Shown: piece after piece, positions 20,412-30,686 of the stretch
Layout of the letters: every line of letters begins with the position of its first letter
Position numbering within the stretch: position 1 is the first letter of the stretch
From: Synechococcaceae cyanobacterium ELA445
Lineage (GTDB): Bacteria; Cyanobacteriota; Cyanobacteriia; PCC-6307; Cyanobiaceae
Length of the DNA: 64,000 nt
Direction of reading: 5' to 3'
Assembly: GCA_037134455.1 (NCBI GenBank)
Contig: JBAXME010000005.1
Coordinates: 1,159-65,158, forward strand
Notes under the pieces: generated by a model
What the model saw: only the letters and a program-made list of their open reading frames with translations
What the model was told of the DNA's origin: nothing
Database searches by the model: none
Made by a program: the position numbers and the translations under genes

Positions 20412-21326
20412 TCAGCAGAGACGGCCGAGGGCCGCAAGGCGCTCCTGAAGTGCCATCCAATCGAAACTGCGCGGATCGAGTCGCTCGCCCCCCAGGTCAA
20501 CCGCACGGTGAGTGGTGATCTGTTGGGGCGGAATGGAGAATCGCTTCATCCAGTCAGCTAGCACCACGGCAGCGGCATCCAGCTGGGCGGCGGTATAGCC
20601 GCTGTGGGTGGCTTCATCGTTCTCCCCATCGAGAGGGGTTTCCAGGCTCAGGTGGAGGGCAAAGTTGTTGACCGAGCCATTGATGCGCGGATTGGTGATC
20701 ACCCAATGGCCGTTGAAGGCCGAGTTGCCGGAGCCGAAGGCACGGCGGCCGGGATCGAGCACCTGCACCACCTGCCCCTGGAGACCCACCAGGGTGTGAT
20801 AGCTCACCTGGTCCTCATCGCGGGGGTGGGGGGTGACAAAGGTGTTGATGGCGGAGTTGAGCCCGTAGACGGTTTCATGCAACACGATCAGCTGCGGGGT
20901 CGGATCGACCGGTTGGCCGAAGGCGTCGAGGTTGAAGCGTTCTCCGTAGTTGCTGGGATCGGTGGAGAGGTGGAAGGTGCGCTGGGGTAAGGCAGCGCTG
21001 AGCCGCTCCATACGGCTCGTCAGCTCTGGATCGCTGCTGCTGCACTGGCGCTGGAGTGGGCTGCGCCAGGGAGCTGCGGGCGGTGGCGGGGGCGCCCTGC
21101 GGCTGCTGGTTTTCGGGCTGTCCTGGGCGATGGTTCGGGCTCCAACCCCGTCCCGCAGGAACTGGAAGAGTGAGGGGTTGCTTACGGCCGGACTGGCATC
21201 GCCGATGGACCGGGAGAGCCAGCCCAGGGCTGCGAGGCAACACAGCCCCCCCACTCCCACCGTGAGCAGGAGGGGCCGTTGCTGCAACCAACGACGCTGA
21301 ACGAACCTGCGGGGTGGTCTCAACAT
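20412..21326 (-). CDS. N-acetylmuramoyl-L-alanine amidase (Amidase_2/PGRP-like)
   Basis: LIVLHET, VSYHTLV, RAFGSG and TTHRAVD..ERLDP Zn-amidase motifs; N-terminal TM helix. Confidence 0.85.
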   Translation of the reverse strand: MLRPPRRFVQRRWLQQRPLLLTVGVGGLCCLAALGWLSRSIGDASPAVSNPSLFQFLRDGVGARTIAQDSPKTSSRRAPPPPPAAPWRSPLQRQCSSSDPELTSRMERLSAALPQRTFHLSTDPSNYGERFNLDAFGQPVDPTPQLIVLHETVYGLNSAINTFVTPHPRDEDQVSYHTLVGLQGQVVQVLDPGRRAFGSGNSAFNGHWVITNPRINGSVNNFALHLSLETPLDGENDEATHSGYTAAQLDAAAVVLADWMKRFSIPPQQITTHRAVDLGGERLDPRSFDWMALQERLAALGRLC

Positions 21327-23053
21327 CGCAACGGCACCCCTGCCGGCTCAGGCTGGAGCGTCAACCAGCGCCGACGTCGCTCCAGGGTCGCCTCGCCAGC
21401 GGCGGCATCGGCCGTGAGCCGCCAACGCTCAATCGCCGCGGGGCCAGAGGTGAGGTCCCGATGCAAAACCCGGCCCCGGCGGGCCAGCAGCAATGGCTGG
21501 GGCACCCCCTCCTGCAACAAGGGGGCCAGCTCCTCGGCTTGCCGCAGTCGAACGCCATCGAGGGCCAGAAGCTCGTCCCCCACCTCCACGCCAGAGCGTT
21601 CCGCTGGCCCATGACGATGCACCCTGCGCACGCTGAGCCCCTGCTGGGGATCGGCCTGGCAACCCATGCCACAGAAGGGATGGCTGGCTCGCTCCTCCAC
21701 CAGCGCCAGTCCCACATCCGGGAGGTAGGACGCCAGGGGCGGGTCCTCGGTGGAGGTGAGCCACATGGGCAACAGGGTGGCCAGATCGGGCGATTGGGCA
21801 GCGAAGGCGGCGATCAAGTCAGCAGAGCTGTAGCCCTTGCCTACCCGGCCGAAGCGCCGCCAGAGGTCGCGCACCACCTCCGCGAGTTGGGAGCCAACCC
21901 GACGCAGGTGCAGATCGAGCACCAGGGCCAGAAGCGCCCCCTTGAGGTAGTAGCTGATCTGGTTGTCGTCGCTGTAGGCATCGCGCTTGTAGAGCTTCAC
22001 CCAGGCCTGCTCGCTGCTCTGCTGGAGGCTCTGCAGATGGCGACCAGGGGTGAGCAGATAGAGGCTGATGTCTGACCCCAGGTCTTCCAGCACGGTGGCC
22101 TCCCCCGTCAGCCCAGCGGCATGGGGCAGCAGCAGATCCACGTAACTGGTCACCCCTTCGGCGAACCAGAGGGTGGGAACCACGGTGGGCTGGTGGTAAT
22201 CGATCGGTGTGAGTTCTGACGCCCTCAGCCGGCGCACGTTCCACTGGTGCAGGTATTCATGCCCCACCAGCTGCAGAAGCTTGCGCAGGCCATCGGGACG
22301 CCCCAGGGCCCTTCGGCCGAACTGGAGCACGGAGCTTCCGTCGTGCTCCAGGCCTCCGTAGCCCTCCTCCAGCAGGTGGAGCACAAAGAGATAGGTGGGG
22401 GCTGCGGGAAGCGATTCCCCCATGAAACGGCAACAGCTGCGGCAGACCGCCGCCACCTGCACGAGAAGATCAGGATGGAGCTCCAACAGGGGGCGGCCCG
22501 TTTCCCAGGTGACCCAGCGGTGGGGCACCCCCTCCACGCAGAAGCGATGGCTGGTGTGGGGGCCCACCTCCACGGGGGCATCCACCAGGGCGTCATAGCT
22601 GGGAGCCTGCCATTGGCCGTCGGCATCGCGGGGCAGGGGAACAAAGGATTCCCAGCCGGAGGGAAGAACCAGTGCCAGCCGATGGGGGGTCCAGCGTTCA
22701 CCCTCCACTTCCAGGGCGAGGGCCGCCAGGGCAAGGAACCCATGCTGATCATTGAGGTGGCAGGTGCGCACGCTCAGCTCGGTGGCCAGGGAGCTGGTGC
22801 GGATCTCCACCGGATCGGACCCGGGCAACTCCACCTCCCAGCTGGCTGGCTGCAGGGGGCGCACCGGCAGGACCGCCCCCCCCTGCACCACCTCGAGACT
22901 CTCCAACTGACGCACGTAATCGCGGATCAGATAGGAACCAGGAGTCCAGGAGGGAAGGCGGAAGCGCAACACCCGGGACCGGGGTGTCAAGGAGAGGGTG
23001 GCGCGCACCAGGTGCTGGCGGCAGGCCGTGAGATCCAGCGTCAGCTCAGGCAC
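21320..23053 (-). CDS. M61 family metallopeptidase with C-terminal PDZ domain
   Basis: WTPGSYLIRDY, YGGLEH, HEYLHQWN (HEXXH), LWFAEGVTSY and SYYLKG; PDZ segment GPAERSGVEVGDELLALDG. Confidence 0.92.
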   Translation of the reverse strand: MPELTLDLTACRQHLVRATLSLTPRSRVLRFRLPSWTPGSYLIRDYVRQLESLEVVQGGAVLPVRPLQPASWEVELPGSDPVEIRTSSLATELSVRTCHLNDQHGFLALAALALEVEGERWTPHRLALVLPSGWESFVPLPRDADGQWQAPSYDALVDAPVEVGPHTSHRFCVEGVPHRWVTWETGRPLLELHPDLLVQVAAVCRSCCRFMGESLPAAPTYLFVLHLLEEGYGGLEHDGSSVLQFGRRALGRPDGLRKLLQLVGHEYLHQWNVRRLRASELTPIDYHQPTVVPTLWFAEGVTSYVDLLLPHAAGLTGEATVLEDLGSDISLYLLTPGRHLQSLQQSSEQAWVKLYKRDAYSDDNQISYYLKGALLALVLDLHLRRVGSQLAEVVRDLWRRFGRVGKGYSSADLIAAFAAQSPDLATLLPMWLTSTEDPPLASYLPDVGLALVEERASHPFCGMGCQADPQQGLSVRRVHRHGPAERSGVEVGDELLALDGVRLRQAEELAPLLQEGVPQPLLLARRGRVLHRDLTSGPAAIERWRLTADAAAGEATLERRRRWLTLQPEPAGVPLRC

Positions 23054-23063
23054 AGGCGCGCAA

Positions 23064-23408
23064 TCAGCAGCTGAGTTGAACCGTGGCCGTCGGCAGGACG
23101 TTCGAGACGTCCTTCAGGGCCAGACGGGCGGCGTAGCGGCGGGTGAGGCGTCCCAGAAGGGGGGGAAGTTGAAGGTTCTGGCTCAGGCGCTGCAGATCCC
23201 CCACCAGTGCCAGTTCACCGTTGCGCTGGCGGCGCCAACCCAGACTCAGATCCGATCCGATTCGCACCTGTAGCTCCACGGCTTGGCTCTCGCCGGCAAA
23301 GCCCCGCAGCCTTCCGCCCCAAAGGGGCTCCAGACCGAGATCCGAAAGACTGGCCGCCAGCACCTCGGTGTCCCGCAGGACGGTTGGCAGGATGGACAGG
23401 TGGGACAT
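23064..23408 (-). CDS. DUF1257 / Ycf35 family protein
   Basis: MSHLSILPTVLRD...LSDLG and LGWRRQRNGELALVGDL; start at 23408. Confidence 0.8.
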   Translation of the reverse strand: MSHLSILPTVLRDTEVLAASLSDLGLEPLWGGRLRGFAGESQAVELQVRIGSDLSLGWRRQRNGELALVGDLQRLSQNLQLPPLLGRLTRRYAARLALKDVSNVLPTATVQLSC

Positions 23409-23415
23409 GGAACCA

Positions 23416-24093
23416 ATGCCCGAGTTGCCAGACCCTAGCGATCTGGACCTGAGCGTCCAGTGGCCGTTGTCACCGGCCTGGCCTCGCTTTGCCTCGCCCC
23501 TGCGGCTGGGGGTGATGGCATCGGGGGAGGGAAGCAACTTCGAAGCCCTGGTGGCTTCCTGCCGCCAAGGGCCACTGGGGGCCGAGGTGGCCCTCCTGGT
23601 GGTCAACCATTCAGCCTGCGGCGCCCAGCGGCGGGCCGAACGCCTGCAGGTGCCCTGGCAGTTGCTCGATCATCGCAAGCATGCCAACCGAGAGGCCCTC
23701 GATGGGGCCCTGGTGCAGGCATTTCGCCGGGCGGAGGTGGATCTGGTGGTCATGGCCGGCTGGATGCGCATCGTGACGCCGACCCTGATCACCGCCTTCC
23801 CCGATCGGCTGGTGAACATCCACCCGTCGCTGCTGCCCAGTTTCCGCGGCCTCGATGGGATCGGTCAGGCCCTGGCAGCGGGCGTCACCCTGACGGGATG
23901 TACCGCCCACCTGGTGACCGAAGAAGTGGATGCGGGGCCGATCCTGGTGCAGGCGGCCGTGCCCGTACTGGCCGGAGACGACCACGGGCTCCTGGCGGCG
24001 AGGGTTCGCCATCAAGAGCACCGCATTCTGCCGCTGGCGGTGGCCCTGGCGGCCCAGCGGCTGGGCCTTGCCCAGCCGGAACCTCAGGGGTAG
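23416..24093 (+). CDS. purN: Phosphoribosylglycinamide formyltransferase
   Basis: GVMASGEGSNFEAL, VMAGWMRI, NIHPSLLPSFRG and GCTAHLVTEEVDAGPI; start 23407 or 23416. Confidence 0.95.
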   Translation: MPELPDPSDLDLSVQWPLSPAWPRFASPLRLGVMASGEGSNFEALVASCRQGPLGAEVALLVVNHSACGAQRRAERLQVPWQLLDHRKHANREALDGALVQAFRRAEVDLVVMAGWMRIVTPTLITAFPDRLVNIHPSLLPSFRGLDGIGQALAAGVTLTGCTAHLVTEEVDAGPILVQAAVPVLAGDDHGLLAARVRHQEHRILPLAVALAAQRLGLAQPEPQG

Positions 24094-25175
24094 AAGGGCA
24101 ACAACGGCAGGCCCGTAGCAGCGGGGAGACCCGCCATCAGGTTGAGGCACTGCACCCCCTGGCCGGCCTGGCCCTTGATCAGGTTGTCAATGGCACTCAT
24201 CACGATCAGCTGCCCTGTGCGCGGATCCACCTGCACCGACAGCAGGGCCCGGTTGGTCTGGCGCACCCACTTGGTGGAGGGGTAGGTGCCCACCGGCAGC
24301 ACCTCCACGCTGGGGCTGTGGCGGTAGGCAGCCTGCAACAGGGTGGTGCAGTCTTCGGCGGTAAGGCCAGGATCCCGCAGGCGGCCATAGACGGTGGCCA
24401 GCAAGCCCCGCACCATCGGCATCAGATGGGGGGTGAACTGCAGTTGGATGGCATGGCCCCTGGCACGGCTGGCCATCTGCTCAATTTCACTGGTGTGGCG
24501 ATGGCCCACCACGCCGTAGGGGGCCACGGCCTCGCCGGCCTCCGCCAGCAATAGATGCTCCTTGGCGGCCCGACCACCACCGGAGGCGCCGGTCTTGGCG
24601 TCAATGATGATGCCGCTGCCCTCGATCAATCCCTGCTGCAGAAAGGGCAACAGGGCCAACAGGCTGGCGGTGGGAAAGCAACCGGGCGCCGCCACCAGGC
24701 GGGCCTTGCGGATGGCTTCCTCCTCCCACTCCACCAGGCCGTAGACGGCCTCCAGACAAAGGTCGTCATCGCTGCGGGGATACTGGCGCGCCTCACCGCC
24801 ATAGACCTCCTTCCACTGGGCCAAAGAGCGGTAGCGGTAGTCGGCGGAGAGATCCACCACCCGCACGCCGCGCTCCAGCAGGGCGGGTACCAGGGTGGAG
24901 GCGAGGCCGTTGGGCAGGCTGAGAACGGCCAGGTCGGCGGCGGCGGCGATCGCCTCAGGGTCGGGCCGTTGCACGGTCAGATCGCCGGGTAGGGGCAGGA
25001 AGGGCACCAGCTCCTTCCAGCGCTTGCCCGAGCTGCGCTCCCCCCCCAGGAAGGTGACGTTCAGATGGGGGTGATCCTGCAGCAGGCGCAGGGTCTGCAG
25101 TCCGCCGTAGCCACTGGCCCCCACCACGGCAACACCCCGAAGGTCCACCGGCTGGGATGCGGAAGGGGTCGCCAT
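24084..25175 (-). CDS. argC: N-acetyl-gamma-glutamyl-phosphate reductase
   Basis: VGASGYGG, DLSADYR, PGCFPT (catalytic Cys) and DNLIKGQAGQ. Confidence 0.96.
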   Translation of the reverse strand: MATPSASQPVDLRGVAVVGASGYGGLQTLRLLQDHPHLNVTFLGGERSSGKRWKELVPFLPLPGDLTVQRPDPEAIAAAADLAVLSLPNGLASTLVPALLERGVRVVDLSADYRYRSLAQWKEVYGGEARQYPRSDDDLCLEAVYGLVEWEEEAIRKARLVAAPGCFPTASLLALLPFLQQGLIEGSGIIIDAKTGASGGGRAAKEHLLLAEAGEAVAPYGVVGHRHTSEIEQMASRARGHAIQLQFTPHLMPMVRGLLATVYGRLRDPGLTAEDCTTLLQAAYRHSPSVEVLPVGTYPSTKWVRQTNRALLSVQVDPRTGQLIVMSAIDNLIKGQAGQGVQCLNLMAGLPAATGLPLLPFYP

Positions 25176-25252
25176 GCCGGAGAGTCGAGAACGGCAGATC
25201 GTACCGGGCCCTATAAGGGAAGGCAGCACCTAGGCCACGGGCCTGCTCTGTT

Positions 25253-26905
25253 CTGACCACCTCCGTCGCCATCCAGTTCGATTCGATCACGGACGCCCTA
25301 GCCGCCATTCGCAACGGCGAGATGGTGGTTGTGGTCGACGATGAGAATCGGGAGAACGAGGGTGATCTGATCTGCGCAGCCCAGTTCGCCACGCCGGAGC
25401 AGATCAACTTCATGGCCACCGAGGCCCGGGGCCTGATCTGCCTGGCCTTGGAGGGGGAGCGGTTGGATGCCCTCGACCTCCCCCTGATGGTGGACCGCAA
25501 CACCGACAGCAACCAAACCGCCTTCACCATCAGCGTGGATGCCGGTCCTGAGAACGGTGTCAGCACAGGCATTTCCGCTGAGGACCGGGCCCGCACGATC
25601 CAGGTGGCCATCCATCCCTCCAGCCGCCCCTCCGATCTGCGCCGACCCGGCCACATCTTTCCCCTGCGCGCCCGCCAGGGGGGGGTGCTGAAGCGGGCGG
25701 GCCACACCGAGGCGGCGGTGGATCTGGCCCGGATGGCGGGGTTGTACCCCTCCGGGGTGATCTGCGAAATCCAGAACCCGGATGGCTCCATGGCCCGGCT
25801 GCCCCAGTTGGCGGACTACGCCCAGCGCCATGGCCTGCGGCTGATCAGCATTGCCGACCTGATCCGCCACCGGCTTGACACCGAGCGGTTCGTCAAACGG
25901 CTGGCCGAAGCCCGCATGCCCAGCAGCTTCGGCACCTTTCGGGCAATCGGCTTCCGCAACGAACTGGACGGCAGCGAGCACATCGCCATCGTCAAGGGCC
26001 ACCCCGAAAGGGCCCCTGGCGCCGTCCTGGTGCGGGTGCATTCCGAATGCCTCACTGGCGATGCCTTCGGCTCCCTGCGCTGCGACTGCCGGCCCCAACT
26101 GGAGGCGGCCCTGCGCATGATCGAGGCCGCCGGCGAGGGGCTGGTCATCTACCTGCGCCAGGAGGGGCGGGGCATTGGCCTGATCAACAAGCTGCGGGCC
26201 TACAGCCTCCAGGATGGGGGGCTCGACACCGTAGAAGCCAACGAGCGTCTGGGGTTCGCCGCCGACCTGCGCAACTACGGGGTCGGGGCCCAGATCCTCA
26301 GCGACCTGGGGGTGAGGCGGCTGCACCTGATCACGAACAACCCCCGCAAGATTGCAGGCCTCGGGGGCTACGGCCTCCAGGTAGAGGACAGGGTTCCCCT
26401 GGTGATCGACGCAGGCGAGCACAATGCCGTTTACCTGCAGACCAAGCAAGTCAAGTTGGGCCACCTGATGGAAAGCCCCCAGGGCCCCTCGGTGGTGCTG
26501 GCCTGGCAGGGGCTACAGCCAGTGGAGGAGATCGAGCGCTCCCGCCTGCGCCAAAGCCTGCAGCGCTGGGCCGGGGAGCTCCAACTGGAAGTACACATCG
26601 AAGAGCACCCTCGCCTGCTGGCCCTGCTCGATCAGCCCGATGTGGCGGTGCTCCTTGGTCCGCTTGAGCGGAGCAAGGAGCACGATGGCCCAACGGACTT
26701 CGCCCAGGTTCGCCTCAGCGAAGGGTTGCAGACCCTGGCCCGCTGGCCAGGCACCCGTTCCGTCAGCCTGCTGCTGGCCCCGGACGCCCAACGCAGCACC
26801 CATCCCAGCGTCAGCCTGGAGGCGGAGAGGCGCCCCCTGGTGGAACTGCTGCAGGAGAGTCCCGTGCTGCAGCTGCAACCCGGGGCACTCCTCCGCTGGA
26901 GCTGA
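25253..26905 (+). CDS. ribBA: Bifunctional DHBP synthase / GTP cyclohydrolase II with C-terminal extension
   Basis: [33 protein letters not shown] and RQEGRGIG. Conserved-looking [14 protein letters not shown] lies upstream of the first ATG (25322), so the start is placed tentatively at CTG 25253. Confidence 0.93.
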   Translation: MTTSVAIQFDSITDALAAIRNGEMVVVVDDENRENEGDLICAAQFATPEQINFMATEARGLICLALEGERLDALDLPLMVDRNTDSNQTAFTISVDAGPENGVSTGISAEDRARTIQVAIHPSSRPSDLRRPGHIFPLRARQGGVLKRAGHTEAAVDLARMAGLYPSGVICEIQNPDGSMARLPQLADYAQRHGLRLISIADLIRHRLDTERFVKRLAEARMPSSFGTFRAIGFRNELDGSEHIAIVKGHPERAPGAVLVRVHSECLTGDAFGSLRCDCRPQLEAALRMIEAAGEGLVIYLRQEGRGIGLINKLRAYSLQDGGLDTVEANERLGFAADLRNYGVGAQILSDLGVRRLHLITNNPRKIAGLGGYGLQVEDRVPLVIDAGEHNAVYLQTKQVKLGHLMESPQGPSVVLAWQGLQPVEEIERSRLRQSLQRWAGELQLEVHIEEHPRLLALLDQPDVAVLLGPLERSKEHDGPTDFAQVRLSEGLQTLARWPGTRSVSLLLAPDAQRSTHPSVSLEAERRPLVELLQESPVLQLQPGALLRWS

Positions 26906-26948
26906 GCGAGCTGTAGCTGCACTCAGCTCGGCGGTTCAGATCGGCGCC

Positions 26949-27389
26949 TCAGGCGACGATCGTGACCTTGTTGATCTTGGTGCCCTTCTTGATCGCCAGC
27001 ACCACATCGAGATTGCCGGCCTGACCGAACACGGTGTGGACCCCATCGAGATGGGGTTGGGGCTCGTGGCAGAGGAAGAACTGGGAGCCACCGGTGTTCC
27101 TGCCCGCATGGGCCATCGAGAAGGTGCCGGCCTGGTGCAGGCGGGTGTTGATCTCGCAGGGGATCGTGTAGCCGGGGCCACCGGTGCCCGCAGGACCCCT
27201 GGCGCCCTCCCGGGTGTTGGGGCACCCCCCCTGGGCCATGAAGCCGGGAATCACGCGGTGGAAGGCGAGCCCGTCGTAGAAGCCCTCGCCCACCAGCTTG
27301 ACGAAATTCGCCACGGTGCCAGGAGCATCGCCATCGAACAACTCGATCTCCACGGTGCCGGCATCGGTTTCCATCAGGGCTTTGGTCAC
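26949..27389 (-). CDS. Cyclophilin-type peptidyl-prolyl isomerase
   Basis: [19 protein letters not shown] and [15 protein letters not shown]...[10 protein letters not shown]; GTG start at 27389 (or ATG 27374). Confidence 0.95.
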   Translation of the reverse strand: MTKALMETDAGTVEIELFDGDAPGTVANFVKLVGEGFYDGLAFHRVIPGFMAQGGCPNTREGARGPAGTGGPGYTIPCEINTRLHQAGTFSMAHAGRNTGGSQFFLCHEPQPHLDGVHTVFGQAGNLDVVLAIKKGTKINKVTIVA

Positions 27390-27456
27390 AGGGTCTGGGG
27401 GCAAAAGCGGACTGTATGCGCTCTCGGGTAGAACAGTCGCGTTTGACGCCCCTGCG

Positions 27457-28365
27457 ATGACAAGCCCCACCGGCCTGGACCTGGCCCATGCCCGTCTGGG
27501 GGTTCTGGGCGGCAGCGGCCTCTACGGGATGGAGGGGCTTGAGGAGGTGCAGGAGGTGCAGGTGGACACCCCGTTTGGGCCCCCCTCCGATTCCCTCAGG
27601 CTGGGGCGCATCGGTGATCTGGAGGTGGTGTTCCTGGCCCGCCACGGCCGCCACCACACCTTCAGCCCCACGGAGGTTCCCTACCGGGCCAACCTCTGGG
27701 CCCTGCGCTCCCTCGGGGTGCGTTGGATTCTTTCCTGCTCAGCCGTCGGTTCGCTCCAGGAGCACCTGCGCCCCCTCGACATGGTGGTGCCGGATCAATT
27801 CATCGACCGCACGCACCAGCGGCCCCTGAGCTTCTTCGGCAATGGAGCCGTGGCCCACGTGGGTTTCGCTGACCCCTTCTGCCCGGTCCTCAGCCGCCTG
27901 CTGGGCGATGTAGCCGACAGCCTGATGCCCGAAGGCACCAGCCTCCACCGTGGCGGCACCTACCTCTGCATGGAGGGGCCGGCCTTTTCCACCCGCGCCG
28001 AATCGCACCTCTACCGCAGCTGGGGCTGCTCGGTGATCGGCATGACCAACCACGCCGAGGCCCGTCTGGCCCGGGAGGCGGAGATCGCCTACACCACCCT
28101 GGCCATGGTCACCGACTACGACTGTTGGCACGTTGACCATGACGCCGTGACCGTGGATCTGGTGATCGCGAACCTGAAGTCGAATGCCGAACTGGCCCAG
28201 CGCATCGTGCGGGTGGCCGCAGAACGCATCGACGCCCAGCGCCCCATTAGCAGCGCCCACCATGCCCTGCGCAGTGCCCTGATGACCCCCAAGGAACAGG
28301 TGCCCCTGGACACCCGCAGGAAGCTGGATCTCTTCACCGCCCCTTACTGGGGAGCGCTCACCTGA
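27457..28365 (+). CDS. mtnP: S-methyl-5'-thioadenosine phosphorylase
   Basis: [30 protein letters not shown] and MVTDYDCWH. Confidence 0.94.
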   Translation: MTSPTGLDLAHARLGVLGGSGLYGMEGLEEVQEVQVDTPFGPPSDSLRLGRIGDLEVVFLARHGRHHTFSPTEVPYRANLWALRSLGVRWILSCSAVGSLQEHLRPLDMVVPDQFIDRTHQRPLSFFGNGAVAHVGFADPFCPVLSRLLGDVADSLMPEGTSLHRGGTYLCMEGPAFSTRAESHLYRSWGCSVIGMTNHAEARLAREAEIAYTTLAMVTDYDCWHVDHDAVTVDLVIANLKSNAELAQRIVRVAAERIDAQRPISSAHHALRSALMTPKEQVPLDTRRKLDLFTAPYWGALT

Positions 28366-29264
28366 AGGGCGCGACGTAGGTCGCCGCCACAGGTCTGGAG
28401 CAGGGCCCCGGCTTCTTCGCTCTCCAGCTGCCGCAGGGCCATCAGCAGGGAGCGTTTCACCGAGCCCCCCGAGCGGAGGAGCAGTTCCCGACCCTGGTCC
28501 CGCTCCACCCCGGCCAGGTCCCGCAGGATGCGCAGGGCCCGATCTTCCAGTTTGCTGTTGGTGACCGCCACATCCACCATGCGGTTGCCGTAGACCTTGC
28601 CCAGGCGCACCATCACTCCCGTCGAGAGGATGTTGAGGGCCATCTTGGTGGCCGTGCCGGCCTTCAATCGGGTGGAGCCGGTGACCAGTTCCGGGCCAGT
28701 GAGCAGACGGATGTCGATGGCAGCGGGCATCGGCGCCTGATCGGCTGGAACGCAGGCCATGGCGATCGCCAGGGCCCCGATCTCCTGGGCCAGATCCAGG
28801 GCGCCCAGCACGTAGGGGGTGGTGCCTCCGGCGGCGATCCCCACCAAGGCATCCCCGGCGCCGAAATTCCTCTGCTGCAGATCGGCACGGCCGGATTCCC
28901 GCAGATCTTCCAGCCCCTCCGAACTACGCAGCAGGGCCGGTGCTCCGCCGGCCAGGACCCCTTGCACCATCTCAGGCGGAGAACAGAACGTGGGCGGACA
29001 TTCAGCCGCATCCAGCACCCCAAGCCGCCCAGAGGTGCCAGCACCGATGTAGAAAAGTCGGCCGCCGTGGCGGAGTCGCGCACTGATGGCCTCCACCGCG
29101 TTCGCCAGCTCGGGTGCGGCAGCGGCCACCGCCTCCTGGGCCCGCAGATCTTCGCGGCAGAAGAGATCCACCAACGCGGCGGTGCTGAGCTGGTCCAGTT
29201 CGGCGCTGGCCGGGTTGGCCTGCTCGGTCAGCAGGTGGCCACGATCAAGGGTGGAGAAACTCAC
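28344..29264 (-). CDS. murQ: N-acetylmuramic acid 6-phosphate etherase
   Basis: GAGTSGRLGVLDAAECPPTF, TGPELVTGSTRLKAGTATK and GKVYGNRMVD. Confidence 0.95.
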   Translation of the reverse strand: MSFSTLDRGHLLTEQANPASAELDQLSTAALVDLFCREDLRAQEAVAAAAPELANAVEAISARLRHGGRLFYIGAGTSGRLGVLDAAECPPTFCSPPEMVQGVLAGGAPALLRSSEGLEDLRESGRADLQQRNFGAGDALVGIAAGGTTPYVLGALDLAQEIGALAIAMACVPADQAPMPAAIDIRLLTGPELVTGSTRLKAGTATKMALNILSTGVMVRLGKVYGNRMVDVAVTNSKLEDRALRILRDLAGVERDQGRELLLRSGGSVKRSLLMALRQLESEEAGALLQTCGGDLRRALQVSAPQ

Positions 29265-29686
29265 AGCAGTCCCTCCAGGCGGCGACGGAAATTCTCCAGT
29301 TCGGGATCAACGCCCGGTTCACCAGCCCCTGCTTCCCCTTCCCCGGGTCCTGCGGCCGACATGTCCGACTGCTCCTGCCAATGGGACACATCCATGTTGG
29401 CCTCCGGTGGGGCAATCAACAGCCGCTCCTCGGCCGAGCGGGGCAGGAAGCCACTGGGTACGACGCGTGCCTGATAGCCCGATTCGGCACAGAAGCGCTC
29501 CATTTCCTCCTGATCCAGGGCCTCCACCGTGGGCACAGGAAAATCCTGGGCCTCCAGCAGACCGGCGTAGCGCTCCGCGTCGTCGGGGTCCTCGAACAGC
29601 AGCACCACCGTGCTGCCGTTCAGTTCCAGGGAATGGATGCCTTCATTCTCACTGCCGGCATCGAAGAGAAGCACGTGGACCGGCAT
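29261..29686 (-). CDS. DUF3110 family protein
   Basis: VLLFDAGSENEGIHSL and VLLFEDPDDAERYAGLLEAQDFP. Confidence 0.82.
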   Translation of the reverse strand: MPVHVLLFDAGSENEGIHSLELNGSTVVLLFEDPDDAERYAGLLEAQDFPVPTVEALDQEEMERFCAESGYQARVVPSGFLPRSAEERLLIAPPEANMDVSHWQEQSDMSAAGPGEGEAGAGEPGVDPELENFRRRLEGLL

Positions 29687-29717
29687 GGAGCGGTAGGGAG
29701 TCACGCCCGTCAGTTTC

Positions 29718-30683
29718 TCATTCCTGCCCTTCGCCCAGTTGCTGCAACCGGCGGTAGAGCGCCTCCTCGGCGTCGCTGAGCTCCTCGGGAACCACGATCC
29801 GAATCTCCACCAGCTGATCACCCCTTTCCCTGCCCTGCTCCAACCCCCGCCCCCGCAGACGCAGCAGCCGGCCACTGGAGGATCCGGGAGGCACCCGCAG
29901 CTTCACCGGTCCCGCCAAAGTCGGTACCACCACGGAGCAGCCCAGGGCAGCGTCGGCCGGCATCAGCTCCAGCGGGTAGGTGACCCGTAGCCCGTCAATG
30001 CGCAGTCCTTCGCTGGTGCGCACCCTCAGGTGCAGGAAATGGTCCCCGCCGCCCGGGGTCACCCCGGCCAGACGCAGCCGCCAGCCATCCCCCGCCAGGG
30101 GCGGAGTCCAGACCTCAACAGTCGTGCCATCGTCGAGCTCCAGTTCAATGCGCTCCCCCATCAGGGCCTGCTCCGGAGTCAGCTCCACCAGGGTCTCCAG
30201 ATCGGTCGACGCCTGCACCGGAGGAGGGGGGGACGGCGATGGCGCCACCTGACCGGGCCTGTCATAGGAACGATCGCTGGGAGATGGCCGAGGTTCATCG
30301 CTGTCTGCGTCGGCCTCCGTCTCCCAGGAGGATGGGGCGTCTTGCGGGGGGGGATCCACCTGGCGGCGGCGGCCGAAGATGGTGTCGAAGTAGGTCTCGA
30401 AATCGGGGAAACCGCTGGCGAAGGGATCCTGCGGCGAGCTGGCCGTGGGATCAATGCCCCCCTCCCAGGCCTTTCGCCGCTTCGGGTCGGTGAGCACCGC
30501 ATAGGCCTCATTGACCAACTTGAAGCGCTCTTCGGCCACCGGATCGTTGCCGTTGAGGTCGGGATGCCAGAGGCGGGCCTGCTGCCGGAAAGCCCGCTTA
30601 AGGCTGGCGGCGTCGGCGCCCGGCTCCAGGCCCAGCACCGCCCAGTAATCAGGGGCGGTCGCGGTGGATGCTCGGCGGATCAA
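29718..30683 (-). CDS. dnaJ: DnaJ-class chaperone (J domain plus C-terminal domain, no zinc finger)
   Basis: DYWAVLGL, WHPDLN (HPD) and FKLVNEAYAVL; directly downstream of dnaK. Confidence 0.93.
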   Translation of the reverse strand: MIRRASTATAPDYWAVLGLEPGADAASLKRAFRQQARLWHPDLNGNDPVAEERFKLVNEAYAVLTDPKRRKAWEGGIDPTASSPQDPFASGFPDFETYFDTIFGRRRQVDPPPQDAPSSWETEADADSDEPRPSPSDRSYDRPGQVAPSPSPPPPVQASTDLETLVELTPEQALMGERIELELDDGTTVEVWTPPLAGDGWRLRLAGVTPGGGDHFLHLRVRTSEGLRIDGLRVTYPLELMPADAALGCSVVVPTLAGPVKLRVPPGSSSGRLLRLRGRGLEQGRERGDQLVEIRIVVPEELSDAEEALYRRLQQLGEGQE

Positions 30684-30686
30684 GGA

